64,000 bases of DNA. Origin: an uncultured Oscillospiraceae bacterium (GTDB taxonomy: Bacteria; Bacillota; Clostridia; Oscillospirales; Oscillospiraceae). The stretch is from contig CANQXK010000006.1 in the NCBI GenBank assembly GCA_947627715.1, positions 17,355-81,354 on the forward strand. Reading direction: 5' to 3'. Of this stretch, positions 19,701 to 26,997 are shown one piece after another (within the stretch, counting starts at the first letter, position 1; every line of letters starts with the position of its first letter). The notes under the pieces were generated by a model that ran no database searches, was not told the DNA's origin, and saw only the letters and a program-made list of their open reading frames with translations. Made by a program: the position numbers and the translations under genes.

Positions 19701-22700
19701 CCGTTCTCGCCGAAAAGTGTATGCTGCTTCTCCTGATCGTTCGCCTCGATTGTCAGCGTCGCCTTGCCAGAAGCATCCACGTTCACGGCGGCGCCGAAGT
19801 TTTCGCCGCCAACCTTAAACTGCACCGTTGCGCCGCTGAATTTGTCGGCGGTGATGGAGCCGGACGTGACCTTTGCCGTCAGAGTGAAGTTGCTGCCGTA
19901 GGTGGCGGAATCCACTTCGCCGACGGTGACCGTCGATTCGGCTTTGCTGATTTCGACTGTCCCGACTTTCGTCGGCCCCACGTCCGCGTGGTTCCCGTCG
20001 CCGGTGACCTTATACCACACTTCGTATGTCTTTGCGTCGGTCCCGGTGGGAACGTCGTCCTGATAAACGCCTGCCTCCGAAAGGCTGTACTGAATTGTAC
20101 CGTCCTTGGTGTCTCCAGCGTCCACCAGCTGTTGCGCCTCGCCGGTGTAGACGAGTCCAGTCTTCGCCGTTGGCGCGGTATAGCTTGGCGTTTCCTTGCT
20201 TATGGTTGCCGTGACGCTCTGAGGTATCGTGTCGTTGTGGTTATCATCACCCTTGACATAGTACCAGATAGTGTACTCCTTGGCATCTGTGCCCTTGATG
20301 GTAGAAGCATCCTCTGTCCAGCTATCAGCCGTTGTGCCGGGGTTTGTAGTCCCTAAATAGTACTTCATCGTACCGCCTGTAGCCGTACCGGCGGTAATCA
20401 GCTCTTGCGCTACGCCAGTATATTTAAGCTCCTTCCCCGTGGGTGCGGAAAACTCTGTAATATCCGCCTTGCTGATGTTCACCGTCACGCCTGCGGGATT
20501 CGTGGCCTTGTAATAGTCCGCATCGTCCCCGGCCAGCGTGACCACCACCGTGACTTCCTTGTCAGTTCCCGCGTCAGCGTCGTTCATTTCAGCGGAGTAA
20601 TTCGCCGTCACGGTATCGGTGCCCACAAGCCCCGTGGTTACTTTGCCAGTTTCGTCCGTCTCGTTCAACTTTCCCGTTATAGTTGTATTGCCCGCCTCAT
20701 AGTCACGGGGTTCCGGCGTGAACGTAAACGTCAGCGGCTTGGGGTTCACCGTGACGGTGATCTTGGTGGTGCCCTGTTTCAGGTTGTCGCCCCCGCCATA
20801 GTTGACGGTTACGGTATTATCCGAACCTGCGTTGAAGTAGTTTTTAACTTGGTCCGCCGAGATTGTGACGGTGGCTTTGCCTCCCTCGGCAGGAATATTA
20901 TCAACAATCTCCGTTTTGCCGCCCTTCGGGAACACAAACTCAACCTGATTTGCCTCTGCGCTGGTGAGCGCAATGCCCGCCGCAGCCGCCTTATTCGGCG
21001 CGACCGTGACCTCAAGCGTGATTCCGCTCTCGTTGCCATAATCGTAAGTAATTGTACCCTGAGTCGGCGTAATATCAGCATCGGACTGGCCTATAGTCAC
21101 ATTGACAGTCCCGCTGGTCCCGTTAGTATAGGTATAATTATCCGTGTCCGCGCCGTCTATCTTCCAGTAGACAGTATAAGAGCCAACATCTTTCCCTGTC
21201 GGAACGTCCGTTGAATAATCTCCAGCCTCATCAAGGCTGTACTGCATCTCGCCGCAGCCCGAAACACTTGAAACACTTTCAACGCTTCCCGCGTCGATCA
21301 GCTCCTGCGCCGTGCCGGTGTAGGTCAGCGGCGCCTTTGCCGTGGGCGGGGTCACCGTGGCCGGGGCCTTGGCGATGGTCACCTTGACCGTGAGCGTCAC
21401 AGCTTCCGTGCCGTAGCTATCCACGCTCATAAGCGAATACTGCGGCGTTTTTTCCGTTGCCGTAACAGTAATCGTATAATCATTCGCGTTAAGCCCTGTG
21501 GGAACTGACAGCGTATTCTCGTTTTCTATGCTCGCGTTCGTGTTGCCCTTATCGCTTATTGCGTATGTAAACTTACCCGCAGCCTCAACATCCTCGTTCG
21601 CGTACTTCATATGCTCGTCCAAATTGACCGTAAGTGGCGCCTTGTAGCCGTAAGTCTCACTCAGCGTAATGTCCGCACTGTCTCCGCCGAAATGGTCGCG
21701 TCCCACGGCGTACACCGTCATATCCTCGGTAACGGGGGTTTCCTCGTCAAACTTTTCACCGTCCGCGTTCTGCGTCTTTGCCCACTTCTCAAACGTATAA
21801 TTATCCTTTACGGGGGTTTCCGGCATTTCCACAGTGCCGTTCGGATTTGTATATTTCGCGTCGTATGCCTCGTTTTCCTGCGTCGCGAACGTAACCTTCA
21901 AAACCTTTTTACTTTCCTCACTCGTAAGCACGGGGTAATCGTCCGCCTCGTCGCTGAGCTTCTGCCCCCACGCTTGCGGCTCCTGCTTGTTTTGCAGCAG
22001 CCACGCCACCTCGCCGGAATTAAACGCGTCCTCCGTTTTTGACGTGCCTTCACCTTTCGCGCCGCAGGTATCGAGGTAGTAGCAATTTTCGATGCTGCCG
22101 CCGGAGTTATATCCCGCAATGCCGCCAATACTGGTGTTTGTGTTGCTGCTTACCGTTCCCGTGTTATAGCAATTTTTAACGCTGCCGGAATTAGATCCCG
22201 CAATGCCGCCTATTCTACTATAGGAACTGGAACTGCCTTTTATCGCGCCCGCGTTACAGCAATTTTCAATGCTGCCGCCCTCGTTGTATCCCGCAATGCC
22301 GCCTACAGCGTAGCTGCCGTTTACCGCGTTCGTGTTACAGCAATTTTCGACGCTGCCGCCATTGTTGTATCCCACAATGCCGCCTACATCGTTTTTGCCT
22401 GTGACGCTGCCCGAAACGGTGAGATTTTTGATCGTGCCGGTGGAAAACCCAAACAGACCTTGGTAATCATCCGTAGTGTTTATGTAAATTCCGCTTATCG
22501 TGAAGTTGCCACCGTCAAATGTGCCGTTAAACGGCTTTCCAAACGTTCCGATGGGCGTCCATGATGTGCCGCTCGCGCTGTACTTTGACGACATATCTAT
22601 CTTCGCCGTCTGCTCAAAATATTCACCGCTGCCGCCGTTCGCATCAGTGTTAATATATTCACAAAACGCCTCCAGGTCGGTAAGGTTTGCGATTTTGTAC

Positions 22701-23734
22701 GGATCGCCCTCAGTACCCATACCGCCGCCCGTGCCCGCAAATTCGGCGTTCGCCGTAAGCAAGGGACGACCTAAAGCGGCGCAGTCATACCACACTTTCA
22801 ATCCGTCGTTGAGTGTCGACGCGAGTGTCTTAAATCCCTCGGCATTCTTTTTCTCAACCTTTTCCACCGTACCCTCTTCGTCGCCGATACCCTTTTCCGC
22901 CGTACCTGTAAGATAATAGCAGATTGATACCGTTCCGTATCCTCCCGTTCCCGCAATACAGCCGACGGCAGCGGCACCGCCGACGGCAAGCGTTATATTG
23001 CCCACGTTATAGCAGCTCATTATCGCTTGGTGATTTTTACCAACAATACCGCCCGTTCCGTCAGAACTGTCTGTCGAACTGTTTGTAATATTGCCCGTGT
23101 TATAAGAGTTGATTATAGATCCATATGAATTCATTCCCACAATGCCGCCGATCGAACCCTTTCCGGTGATATTTACGCTGCTGTAACAGCTTTCTATTCT
23201 GCAATTACCGCTGTTTTGTCCCACGATGCCACCGATAGCAGTTACATCGGCAGTACTGTTTATTGAACCCGATACGCCGAGATTGCTTATCGCGCCTCCG
23301 TCGCCGATGATGCTGCCTGTCGTTCCAAATAAGCCTACATATGTAACGGTATTATCGGTATATAACAACGACACTTTTATCGTATGACCGGCTCCGTCAA
23401 ATTCACCGTTAAACCCTGTTGACGACGTTCCTATCGGCGTCCAACTGTTACCGCCCGCGTACTTTTCGGACATATCTATATTCGCCGTCAGCTTGAAATA
23501 CTCGCCCTTGCCGCCGTCAGCATCCGCGTTGATATAGTCCCGGAACTTCTCAAGGTCGTCAAGATTGGAAATAAGATACGGTTCATCCTCCGTGCCGCTG
23601 CCGCCCGAGCCGACAAATTCCGCCGACGCGGCGATTTCCGCCACTCCGCCGGGCTGATCCGCCCACGCCGCCGTGGGGAGCAGGGTAAAGACCATCCCTA
23701 TGGCCAGCAACGCGCTCATAATCCGTTTTTTCAT
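13778..23734 (-). CDS. Giant (3318 aa) cell-surface protein: signal peptide, two tandem GLUG-repeat head domains, Listeria-Bacteroides-type repeats, more than 20 Ig/MBG-like repeats, CarboxypepD_reg-like domain, three C-terminal SLH domains
   Basis: - Signal peptide: MKKRIMSALLAIGMVFTLLPTAAWA.
- GLUG repeats: GGIVGxNxGxIxNCYNTG.
- Listeria-Bacteroides repeats: ...DNYTFEKWAK and DGYLFQGWSF.
- Repeating motifs L(T/V)YTGxAQEL and Y(T/E)VWYKVxGDDNHND.
- SLH motifs: FADLDVNAWYHEYTDYVLAHDLMHG, YSDVSEGAWYAEAIRWAASEEIAGGY, MSDWAIEAVAWCNMNGVIKG. Confidence 0.9.
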   Translation of the reverse strand: MKKRIMSALLAIGMVFTLLPTAAWADQPGGVAEIAASAEFVGSGGSGTEDEPYLISNLDDLEKFRDYINADADGGKGEYFKLTANIDMSEKYAGGNSWTPIGTSSTGFNGEFDGAGHTIKVSLLYTDNTVTYVGLFGTTGSIIGDGGAISNLGVSGSINSTADVTAIGGIVGQNSGNCRIESCYSSVNITGKGSIGGIVGMNSYGSIINSYNTGNITNSSTDSSDGTGGIVGKNHQAIMSCYNVGNITLAVGGAAAVGCIAGTGGYGTVSICYYLTGTAEKGIGDEEGTVEKVEKKNAEGFKTLASTLNDGLKVWYDCAALGRPLLTANAEFAGTGGGMGTEGDPYKIANLTDLEAFCEYINTDANGGSGEYFEQTAKIDMSSKYSASGTSWTPIGTFGKPFNGTFDGGNFTISGIYINTTDDYQGLFGFSTGTIKNLTVSGSVTGKNDVGGIVGYNNGGSVENCCNTNAVNGSYAVGGIAGYNEGGSIENCCNAGAIKGSSSSYSRIGGIAGSNSGSVKNCYNTGTVSSNTNTSIGGIAGYNSGGSIENCYYLDTCGAKGEGTSKTEDAFNSGEVAWLLQNKQEPQAWGQKLSDEADDYPVLTSEESKKVLKVTFATQENEAYDAKYTNPNGTVEMPETPVKDNYTFEKWAKTQNADGEKFDEETPVTEDMTVYAVGRDHFGGDSADITLSETYGYKAPLTVNLDEHMKYANEDVEAAGKFTYAISDKGNTNASIENENTLSVPTGLNANDYTITVTATEKTPQYSLMSVDSYGTEAVTLTVKVTIAKAPATVTPPTAKAPLTYTGTAQELIDAGSVESVSSVSGCGEMQYSLDEAGDYSTDVPTGKDVGSYTVYWKIDGADTDNYTYTNGTSGTVNVTIGQSDADITPTQGTITYDYGNESGITLEVTVAPNKAAAAGIALTSAEANQVEFVFPKGGKTEIVDNIPAEGGKATVTISADQVKNYFNAGSDNTVTVNYGGGDNLKQGTTKITVTVNPKPLTFTFTPEPRDYEAGNTTITGKLNETDETGKVTTGLVGTDTVTANYSAEMNDADAGTDKEVTVVVTLAGDDADYYKATNPAGVTVNISKADITEFSAPTGKELKYTGVAQELITAGTATGGTMKYYLGTTNPGTTADSWTEDASTIKGTDAKEYTIWYYVKGDDNHNDTIPQSVTATISKETPSYTAPTAKTGLVYTGEAQQLVDAGDTKDGTIQYSLSEAGVYQDDVPTGTDAKTYEVWYKVTGDGNHADVGPTKVGTVEISKAESTVTVGEVDSATYGSNFTLTAKVTSGSITADKFSGATVQFKVGGENFGAAVNVDASGKATLTIEANDQEKQHTLFGENGTVSVTAAYSGNNNITEKTSDATEVKVSQKTLTFTFNASNKTYDGNENVSGNFADFSSQLVSGDAVEVDSFTAKANDANVGKNKPVTVTVSSLKGKDAKYYTPGEATSNSIEIAKAESSMSEPTGESGLVYNGGNQKLIETVGSATGGTMKYYVGEKGVATQPGADVVWQDSDAITGKDAGTYTVWYKVVGDDNHNDTDPDSITVQIEQKEVTLTWTGHESLTYTGSAHTITATVNNKESGDEVNVTVEVKANGGETGATGATATNAGSYTAEATQLTGSAAGNYKLPDDNPTQDFTIKKAPVSFEVTDYTVTYDTKAHTATVKQTDSETPKLSEDDFSVTYGTEGAADKTANKTNVGTYDIYVTLKNDNFKFKDEADETRELKLDDKLTIKQAELTLSVTGSAITYGQTLSASELTGTAKISDGTEITGTWAWDTTDAAKYPSVSKDSENTEYTVKFTPTSSDASNFTSESLSKTITITVNKAKLTPSIDTVQNIDQFSGETETTGTIKLTGAVRDENPTATGTFNFDTPTAGENKTVTVTGITLTGDWGANYELTTTELSKQNTTASIGKRVVMLEWKLDGENAFEITYDGNSHTVTATVTNPVEKYPCTVTVTDGDKTDANTYTATAALSDDANYTLPEVKTQTYTIKKATVSVDNITMELTYTTQPQTVGDVTVKTGGAPALTQGSDYSVTYRANSDERGTTDANPSETNVGTYGVWVELTSDNAKNNYEFEGKQGKVKVGTMTIEQATLELTVTGSAITYGDTLNESNLTGTATIAGDGGATIPGTWAWEIQVDTYPKPSDKSHDYVAVFTPSETYAGNFETSTLKTTVTITVNPYQLTPQVDSVDSKTYDGNVNAQNGTLKFAENLDIVPFKDNKPTATGTFTFTDKNVGENKHVNVSGITLNNSTDYALKESSISDAATTAKITAKEVTLTWDGYTDLVYSGEPVSVTATTTDFVAADTENSSVRLTFSGNAETDAGTYTAKASLAGADATNYTLTDDSQEYTIAPATVSFTIGAEAKVDWSTRGETNDDPNLGGYTLTGSGTDFALTMTYDSYNHKANVSQTTGEPVAINAAASNGYKVTYRKGSTDVNEVRNAGTYDIIVTFTPTADGIYNYAFSDQETATRELKIGTIEIKPYEVTVIWTHLSYVYHAHPMHPDIRVQDPFENDNKQLPPGQGLPSDFNIDNPESYSGAYLVAFAATDDSDVKEYTVTAGLYGQNAGNYTVKNPTATVSIVPAPVTFTVSNNVWDLTDESHPTEVKLTPVWGVVSTTPDKDEGTDHQYPDPGTAVVSELDTTIVYKKNGEEVTPTDAGTYEVWVAIGNTNFRHSATSDGAFHKVGELVLTNNLASVKTYKVTFDAGYEGGAAPEAMENLLEGQMVILPAGLTRDGYLFQGWSFGGITYRPNEEFPMPASDVTFKAEWLDVKETRTVGGTVKQEVEGNEPKSLLGATVTLKQGDNEAGEAITDADGNFSFKNLVPGIYNLEVRYFNGSSTVVKTFLVDVEKDNLTGDYILPDGALNTVVEADVTAVVDMEEIVETPSATADEGIYTTDDEETVKNGGSVEFKMTVKGTELNSTQEEQVPVPEDRIGLVVDLELTKTVTGSSSDGTTEIHDSKQLITTVIHLPAEIQGKSSYTVYRFHDTDGDGSADMQTITTSANRDGEYLRVIRDGTAIEIHAKFYSTYVLTWTQSTGVYYTVKLPERVENGSVTVNHRNALRGSTVTLTVTPEEGYALGELTVTDKDGKEVALTDNGDGTYTFKMPYGGVTVKAVFKCLGGENCPGRKFADLDVNAWYHEYTDYVLAHDLMHGISVDRFLPEDTVTRAQMVMVLWNMSGSPVVNYYMTYSDVSEGAWYAEAIRWAASEEIAGGYGNNRFGPDDPITREQMAAMLYRYEQEYGQGGFTGDWMYRLPFTDLDKMSDWAIEAVAWCNMNGVIKGRDSGVFDPRGYARRNEMAAVLMRYCQLEPEEK

Positions 23735-23868
23735 TATCCCATCCTCGCTTTCATATTGGTAGTTTAAGTTCGTTCGGTCCGTGGAACCCCACGGACCGGG
23801 CTGGGCCGGCCCAGCCTTGATGAAAATTTTTCATTACGCACTTGACAAATCACATTTCTTCATTTATC

Positions 23869-23899
23869 ATTATATCATGTTCACCCGTGAACAAGTCAA
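23869..23899 (-). promoter_or_regulatory. MerR-type promoter of giant gene 2 (19-bp spacer containing a perfect dyad)
   Basis: On the minus strand: TTGACT (23894-23899), a 19-nt spacer, then TGATATAAT (23869-23877). The spacer holds TGTTCAC-GG-GTGAACA (23878-23893). A divergent plus-strand promoter overlaps it: TTGACA (23842-23847), 17 nt, TATCAT (23865-23870). Confidence 0.6.
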
Positions 23900-23917
23900 G
23901 AGAGAAAGCGAAAAAAG

Positions 23918-24022
23918 TTGAATAATTTTTTCTCGATCAATCAGGTGGGCCAGAGCTGCGGAGTGTCCCGGTCTACGCTCCTGCGGCTGGAGGAACGCGG
24001 GCTGCTCACCCCGGCCAGTTAG
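23918..24022 (+). pseudogene. Truncated MerR-family regulator (only the N-terminal HTH, 34 codons)
   Basis: (TTG)NNFFSINQVGQSCGVSRSTLLRLEERGLLTPAS* matches the MerR N-terminal HTH pattern (I.evA...GVS..TLR.YE..GLL.P) and then stops. The effector and dimerisation parts are missing. Confidence 0.65.
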
Positions 24023-24107
24023 TCAGCGCCGCTCCCGCCCTCAGCCGCATGAAAGGCCGGGAAATACCGATTTTTGATGCGGCGGAGGTAAAAATAGGCG
24101 CAGAAAA

Positions 24108-24144
24108 CTTAAGCCGCAAAACGATTGCTTTTTTGCGGCTTAAG
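24108..24144. terminator. Hairpin (bidirectional terminator-like)
   Basis: A 14-bp perfect stem (CTTAAGCCGCAAAA/TTTTGCGGCTTAAG), flanked by A and T runs. Confidence 0.6.
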
Positions 24145-24147
24145 TTT

Positions 24148-24569
24148 TTATGCCATTTTCAAACAAATGTCTTGTATTTTCGACGCGCTTTCGGACAGCT
24201 TCACGATGTCGCGGGTGACGCGGTAGAACATCCGGGCGAACAGATGCCGCAGGTTGTGGGGGAACACCTTGGAGCGTTCCACCCCCCTCTTCGCACAGGG
24301 CCTTCATCTCCGCCCAGATCTGCCGCCGCGTCAGCCCCTTTCCGCTTCTGGTGAGAAAAGATCTCGCCGGAGGCGATTTTTTGTTGCCTGGCGTACTTTA
24401 TAAGCTTCCGGCACAGCTTGCCGGGGAGCATGATGCCGCGAATTTTCCCCTTGAGGGAGATCTGCGTCTGGCCGTCCCGCGCCGCCTCCACGGTGATATA
24501 CTGTACTTCGCTGACACGGATGCCGGTGGAGCAGATGGTCTCCATCAAGAGCGCCAACCGGGGCGTCAT
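24148..24569 (-). pseudogene. Tyrosine recombinase (phage-integrase family) remnant: N-terminally truncated, frameshifted, and lacking the C-terminal Tyr region
   Basis: One frame reads TPRLALLMETICSTGIRVSEV...KGKIRGIMLPGKLCRKLIKYARQQKIASGEIF. A second frame continues ...GVERSKVFPHNLRHLFARMFYRVTRDIVKL and then diverges to a stop at 24148-24150. Confidence 0.7.
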
Positions 24570-24741
24570 TGTCAATATGAATGAGATCACCAGCATGGAC
24601 CTGGAGACCTGCGCCCTGTCCGACGGCTCTGTCCTGCCCGTGAAGCAGAAGGACCGCGCCGTCATAAGGAAGCAGTACAGCGACTTCCTCTTCCACGAGC
24701 TTCACCTTATGGCCGCGTCAAAGAGGAGGGAGAAGCCGTGA
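24570..24741 (+). pseudogene. C-terminal fragment of a LytTR-family response regulator (5' part replaced by the integrase remnant)
   Basis: ...IVNMNEITSMDLETCALSDGSVLPVKQKDRAVIRKQYSDFL... fits the end of a LytTR DNA-binding domain. No receiver domain lies upstream. Its stop overlaps the GTG start of the downstream kinase (GTGA). Confidence 0.55.
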
Positions 24742-26114
24742 CCCTGTTGCTCTATCTCGTTGAGGCGGTGGGGTTCCTCTTTCAGTTCCTCCCCTGCGCC
24801 ATCATGTGCTTCGTGCCCTTTGACGACGACAAGCTGAAAATACGCAAGAGGACCCTGTTCCTTTTGCTGACTCTCTGCGTCCTCGCCGTCTCGGCGCTTT
24901 TCCCCTTCGCGGCCCACGCGGTCCCGACCCTCGACGTCATGATACACATTGCAGACTCCTATATGCTCCTTGTTGTGGTCGTCTCCGTCGCGGCTTACGG
25001 CGTCCTCGTCCGGGAGCATATCATGAAAAAGCTCCTTGTTATCTACATCATCATTTTCTACGCGGCGCTTATATTCTGGCTGACGAACCTCGTGGGGTCG
25101 ATCTGGGACCCGCTCTTCCCCCGCTTTCCCGACGACACCCTGTCGGTCTACCTCCCCAAACATCTGGCGTTTTACCTCCTGTCCTATGTGACCATTTTGC
25201 CGGTGTTCGTGATCTTCCTGCGCCGCTATGTGTCCTCCTTTTTGCGGGAGATCGAGCCGCAGCGGCTGAAGCGGGAGTTCCGCTACGCCACTATCTCCAC
25301 CGTCTCCTTCCTCATCCTCATGATGACCGCCCATACGCTCTTTGATATATACCCGTACAACTTCCTGTTAAATTCCCTGCTTCTCTTCCTGGTGCTGAAT
25401 CAGGCCATCCTGTACTGGATGATCGTTACCAGCGCCGTGAACCGCTCCCGCGAGGAGACCGCCCACCGCGCCCTTGAGGCGCAGAAGCTCCAGTACGACC
25501 GCATCAGCGCCGACATGGAGCGCACGGCGCGGCTCCGGCACGATATGCGCCACCACTGGAATTACCTCTATTCCCTGGCGGAGGAGGGGGACCTTACGAA
25601 GATGAGGTCGTACCTGTCGGCCCTGGCGGAGCAGACGGGACATCTGCAAAACGAGGTGTTCTGCGAAAATCCCACCGTGAACGCCCTCTTGCAGTACTAC
25701 GCGGAACGGGCCAGGAGCGACGGGGTGACCTGCACCGTGGCGGCCCAGTGCGGCGAGCTTGACGTGCGGCCGGAGGACCTGACGGTGATGGTGGGGAATG
25801 TGATGGAAAACGCCCTGACCTCCTACATGAAAGCGCCGGAGCCGCGGAAGATGGAGGTGGCTGTGGGGCAGTTCCACGGGTCCTTCACGCTGGAGGTCAC
25901 CAACTCCTGCCCAGGGGTCCGAGTCTCCAGGGGCTTTACGCCGGACGCGGAGGGCTTCCTGCCCGCCGGGGCCTTCCAGAGCACCCGGAACGGCGGCGGC
26001 CACGGCATGGCGTCGGTGGCGGACCTGGCAAAGGTCTACTCCGGCTCCGCCACGTTTAAGTTCGACCCGGAGAGAATGGTATTCGTGTCGAGGATCATAT
26101 TGAATCGGGCGTAG
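24738..26114 (+). CDS. AgrC/VirS-like (HPK10-type) membrane sensor histidine kinase
   Basis: About 6 N-terminal transmembrane helices, an H-box RLRHDMRHHWNYL, and a GHKL ATPase region (VMENAL...NGGGHGMASV). Confidence 0.8.
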   Translation: MTLLLYLVEAVGFLFQFLPCAIMCFVPFDDDKLKIRKRTLFLLLTLCVLAVSALFPFAAHAVPTLDVMIHIADSYMLLVVVVSVAAYGVLVREHIMKKLLVIYIIIFYAALIFWLTNLVGSIWDPLFPRFPDDTLSVYLPKHLAFYLLSYVTILPVFVIFLRRYVSSFLREIEPQRLKREFRYATISTVSFLILMMTAHTLFDIYPYNFLLNSLLLFLVLNQAILYWMIVTSAVNRSREETAHRALEAQKLQYDRISADMERTARLRHDMRHHWNYLYSLAEEGDLTKMRSYLSALAEQTGHLQNEVFCENPTVNALLQYYAERARSDGVTCTVAAQCGELDVRPEDLTVMVGNVMENALTSYMKAPEPRKMEVAVGQFHGSFTLEVTNSCPGVRVSRGFTPDAEGFLPAGAFQSTRNGGGHGMASVADLAKVYSGSATFKFDPERMVFVSRIILNRA

Positions 26115-26200
26115 AGGGACCGTCAGGGTCCCCCCCTCGAAATTAATAGCAGCTCCACAAGAAAACGCACCAGTCCGCGGACTGGTGCGTTTTCTTGTGG
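26115..26200. repeat. Copy A of an ~86-bp double-hairpin module (second copy at 47659-47750)
   Basis: About 90% identical by eye to the sequence flanking the 3' end of tRNA-Thr. It contains GGGACC-GTCA-GGTCCC and a 23-bp perfect stem (26153-26175 / 26178-26200). It sits between convergent genes, so it probably also acts as a terminator. Confidence 0.7.
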
Positions 26201-26256
26201 AATAAGTGGTTAAAAGTCCTATTATTGAGAAAGCCTTGCGACGCAAGGGATTTGGG

Positions 26257-26997
26257 TTATTGGTTCATCCAGCCAAAGAGTGCGCTCCAGTAGTTGAGTA
26301 TCAGCATGGCTCCGCCGAGGAGGGTCAGCACGGCGCCGGTGGCAAGTCCCACGGTGCGTGCGGGGACACGGTTGGCAAACCGGGCGGACAGAAGGCTGGA
26401 GACCGTGGCAACGGCGATGCACAGGATCATCACATCCCACTTTTCCAGTACGATGGCCGGGTGGATGAAGATGTGGCTAACGGAGGCAATCAGGGCCGTG
26501 AAGGTCATGATGAAGGTGCTGGTTCCCACCGCCGTCTTCAGCTCCATGCCCAGGAACGCCGTGAAGGCTACCAGCATCATCATTCCGCCGCCGGTGCCCA
26601 CAAAGCCCGTTCCGAAACCGATTGTCAGCCCGAAAAAGAGGGAGATGACCACGCCTTTCCAGTCCAGCCTCTGGCCCCTTGCCGCCTGATGCTCCCGGCT
26701 GGTGTCGGGCTTTACCAGGAAGCGGATGCCGATGAAAAAGGTGAGAAAAAGAGTGAAGCTCCCCAGCACCACATTCCCCGCCAGGTACGCCACGTAGCTG
26801 CCCACGGTGCTCATGGCAAGGATGCACACCAGCATGATCCATCCTCGTCGGAGGTCGATGTTTTTGTGCCTTGCGTATGTCCAGGTGGTGACGGCGGAGC
26901 CCAGGATGTCCGAGGCCAGGGCGATGGCCGTGGCTTGGTAGACCCCCGTCTCCCCGGAGAAAGAAGGACACAGTACGATCAAAATCGGCACCATCAC
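26257..26997 (-). CDS. TSUP (TauE/SafE) family membrane transporter, possibly 5'-truncated
   Basis: A polytopic membrane protein with GTGFVGTGGGMMM and other Gly-rich TM motifs typical of TauE/SafE. The in-frame upstream sequence (GIGTGLAGLSAATV) continues the family's first conserved motif but has no start codon. Confidence 0.75.
   Translation of the reverse strand: MMVPILIVLCPSFSGETGVYQATAIALASDILGSAVTTWTYARHKNIDLRRGWIMLVCILAMSTVGSYVAYLAGNVVLGSFTLFLTFFIGIRFLVKPDTSREHQAARGQRLDWKGVVISLFFGLTIGFGTGFVGTGGGMMMLVAFTAFLGMELKTAVGTSTFIMTFTALIASVSHIFIHPAIVLEKWDVMILCIAVATVSSLLSARFANRVPARTVGLATGAVLTLLGGAMLILNYWSALFGWMNQ

Noticed and set aside
1931-23734. Periodic repeats in the giant genes, considered as a possible CRISPR-like or tandem-repeat array.
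   Set aside because: The repeats are in-frame, degenerate protein modules without spacer/repeat regularity. No CRISPR array exists anywhere in the window.
24049-24354. A plus-strand 101-aa ORF between the MerR stub and the kinase gene.
   Set aside because: It runs antisense through the integrase remnant and across a terminator hairpin. Only its first ~15 codons could conceivably be a frameshifted continuation of the MerR gene, and I could not support that.
25368-26246. A 292-aa minus-strand ORF antisense to the AgrC-like kinase. The 26206-27048 plus-strand ORF antisense to the TSUP gene is similar.
   Set aside because: These are GC-rich shadow frames with no motifs. The opposite strands encode recognisable membrane proteins.
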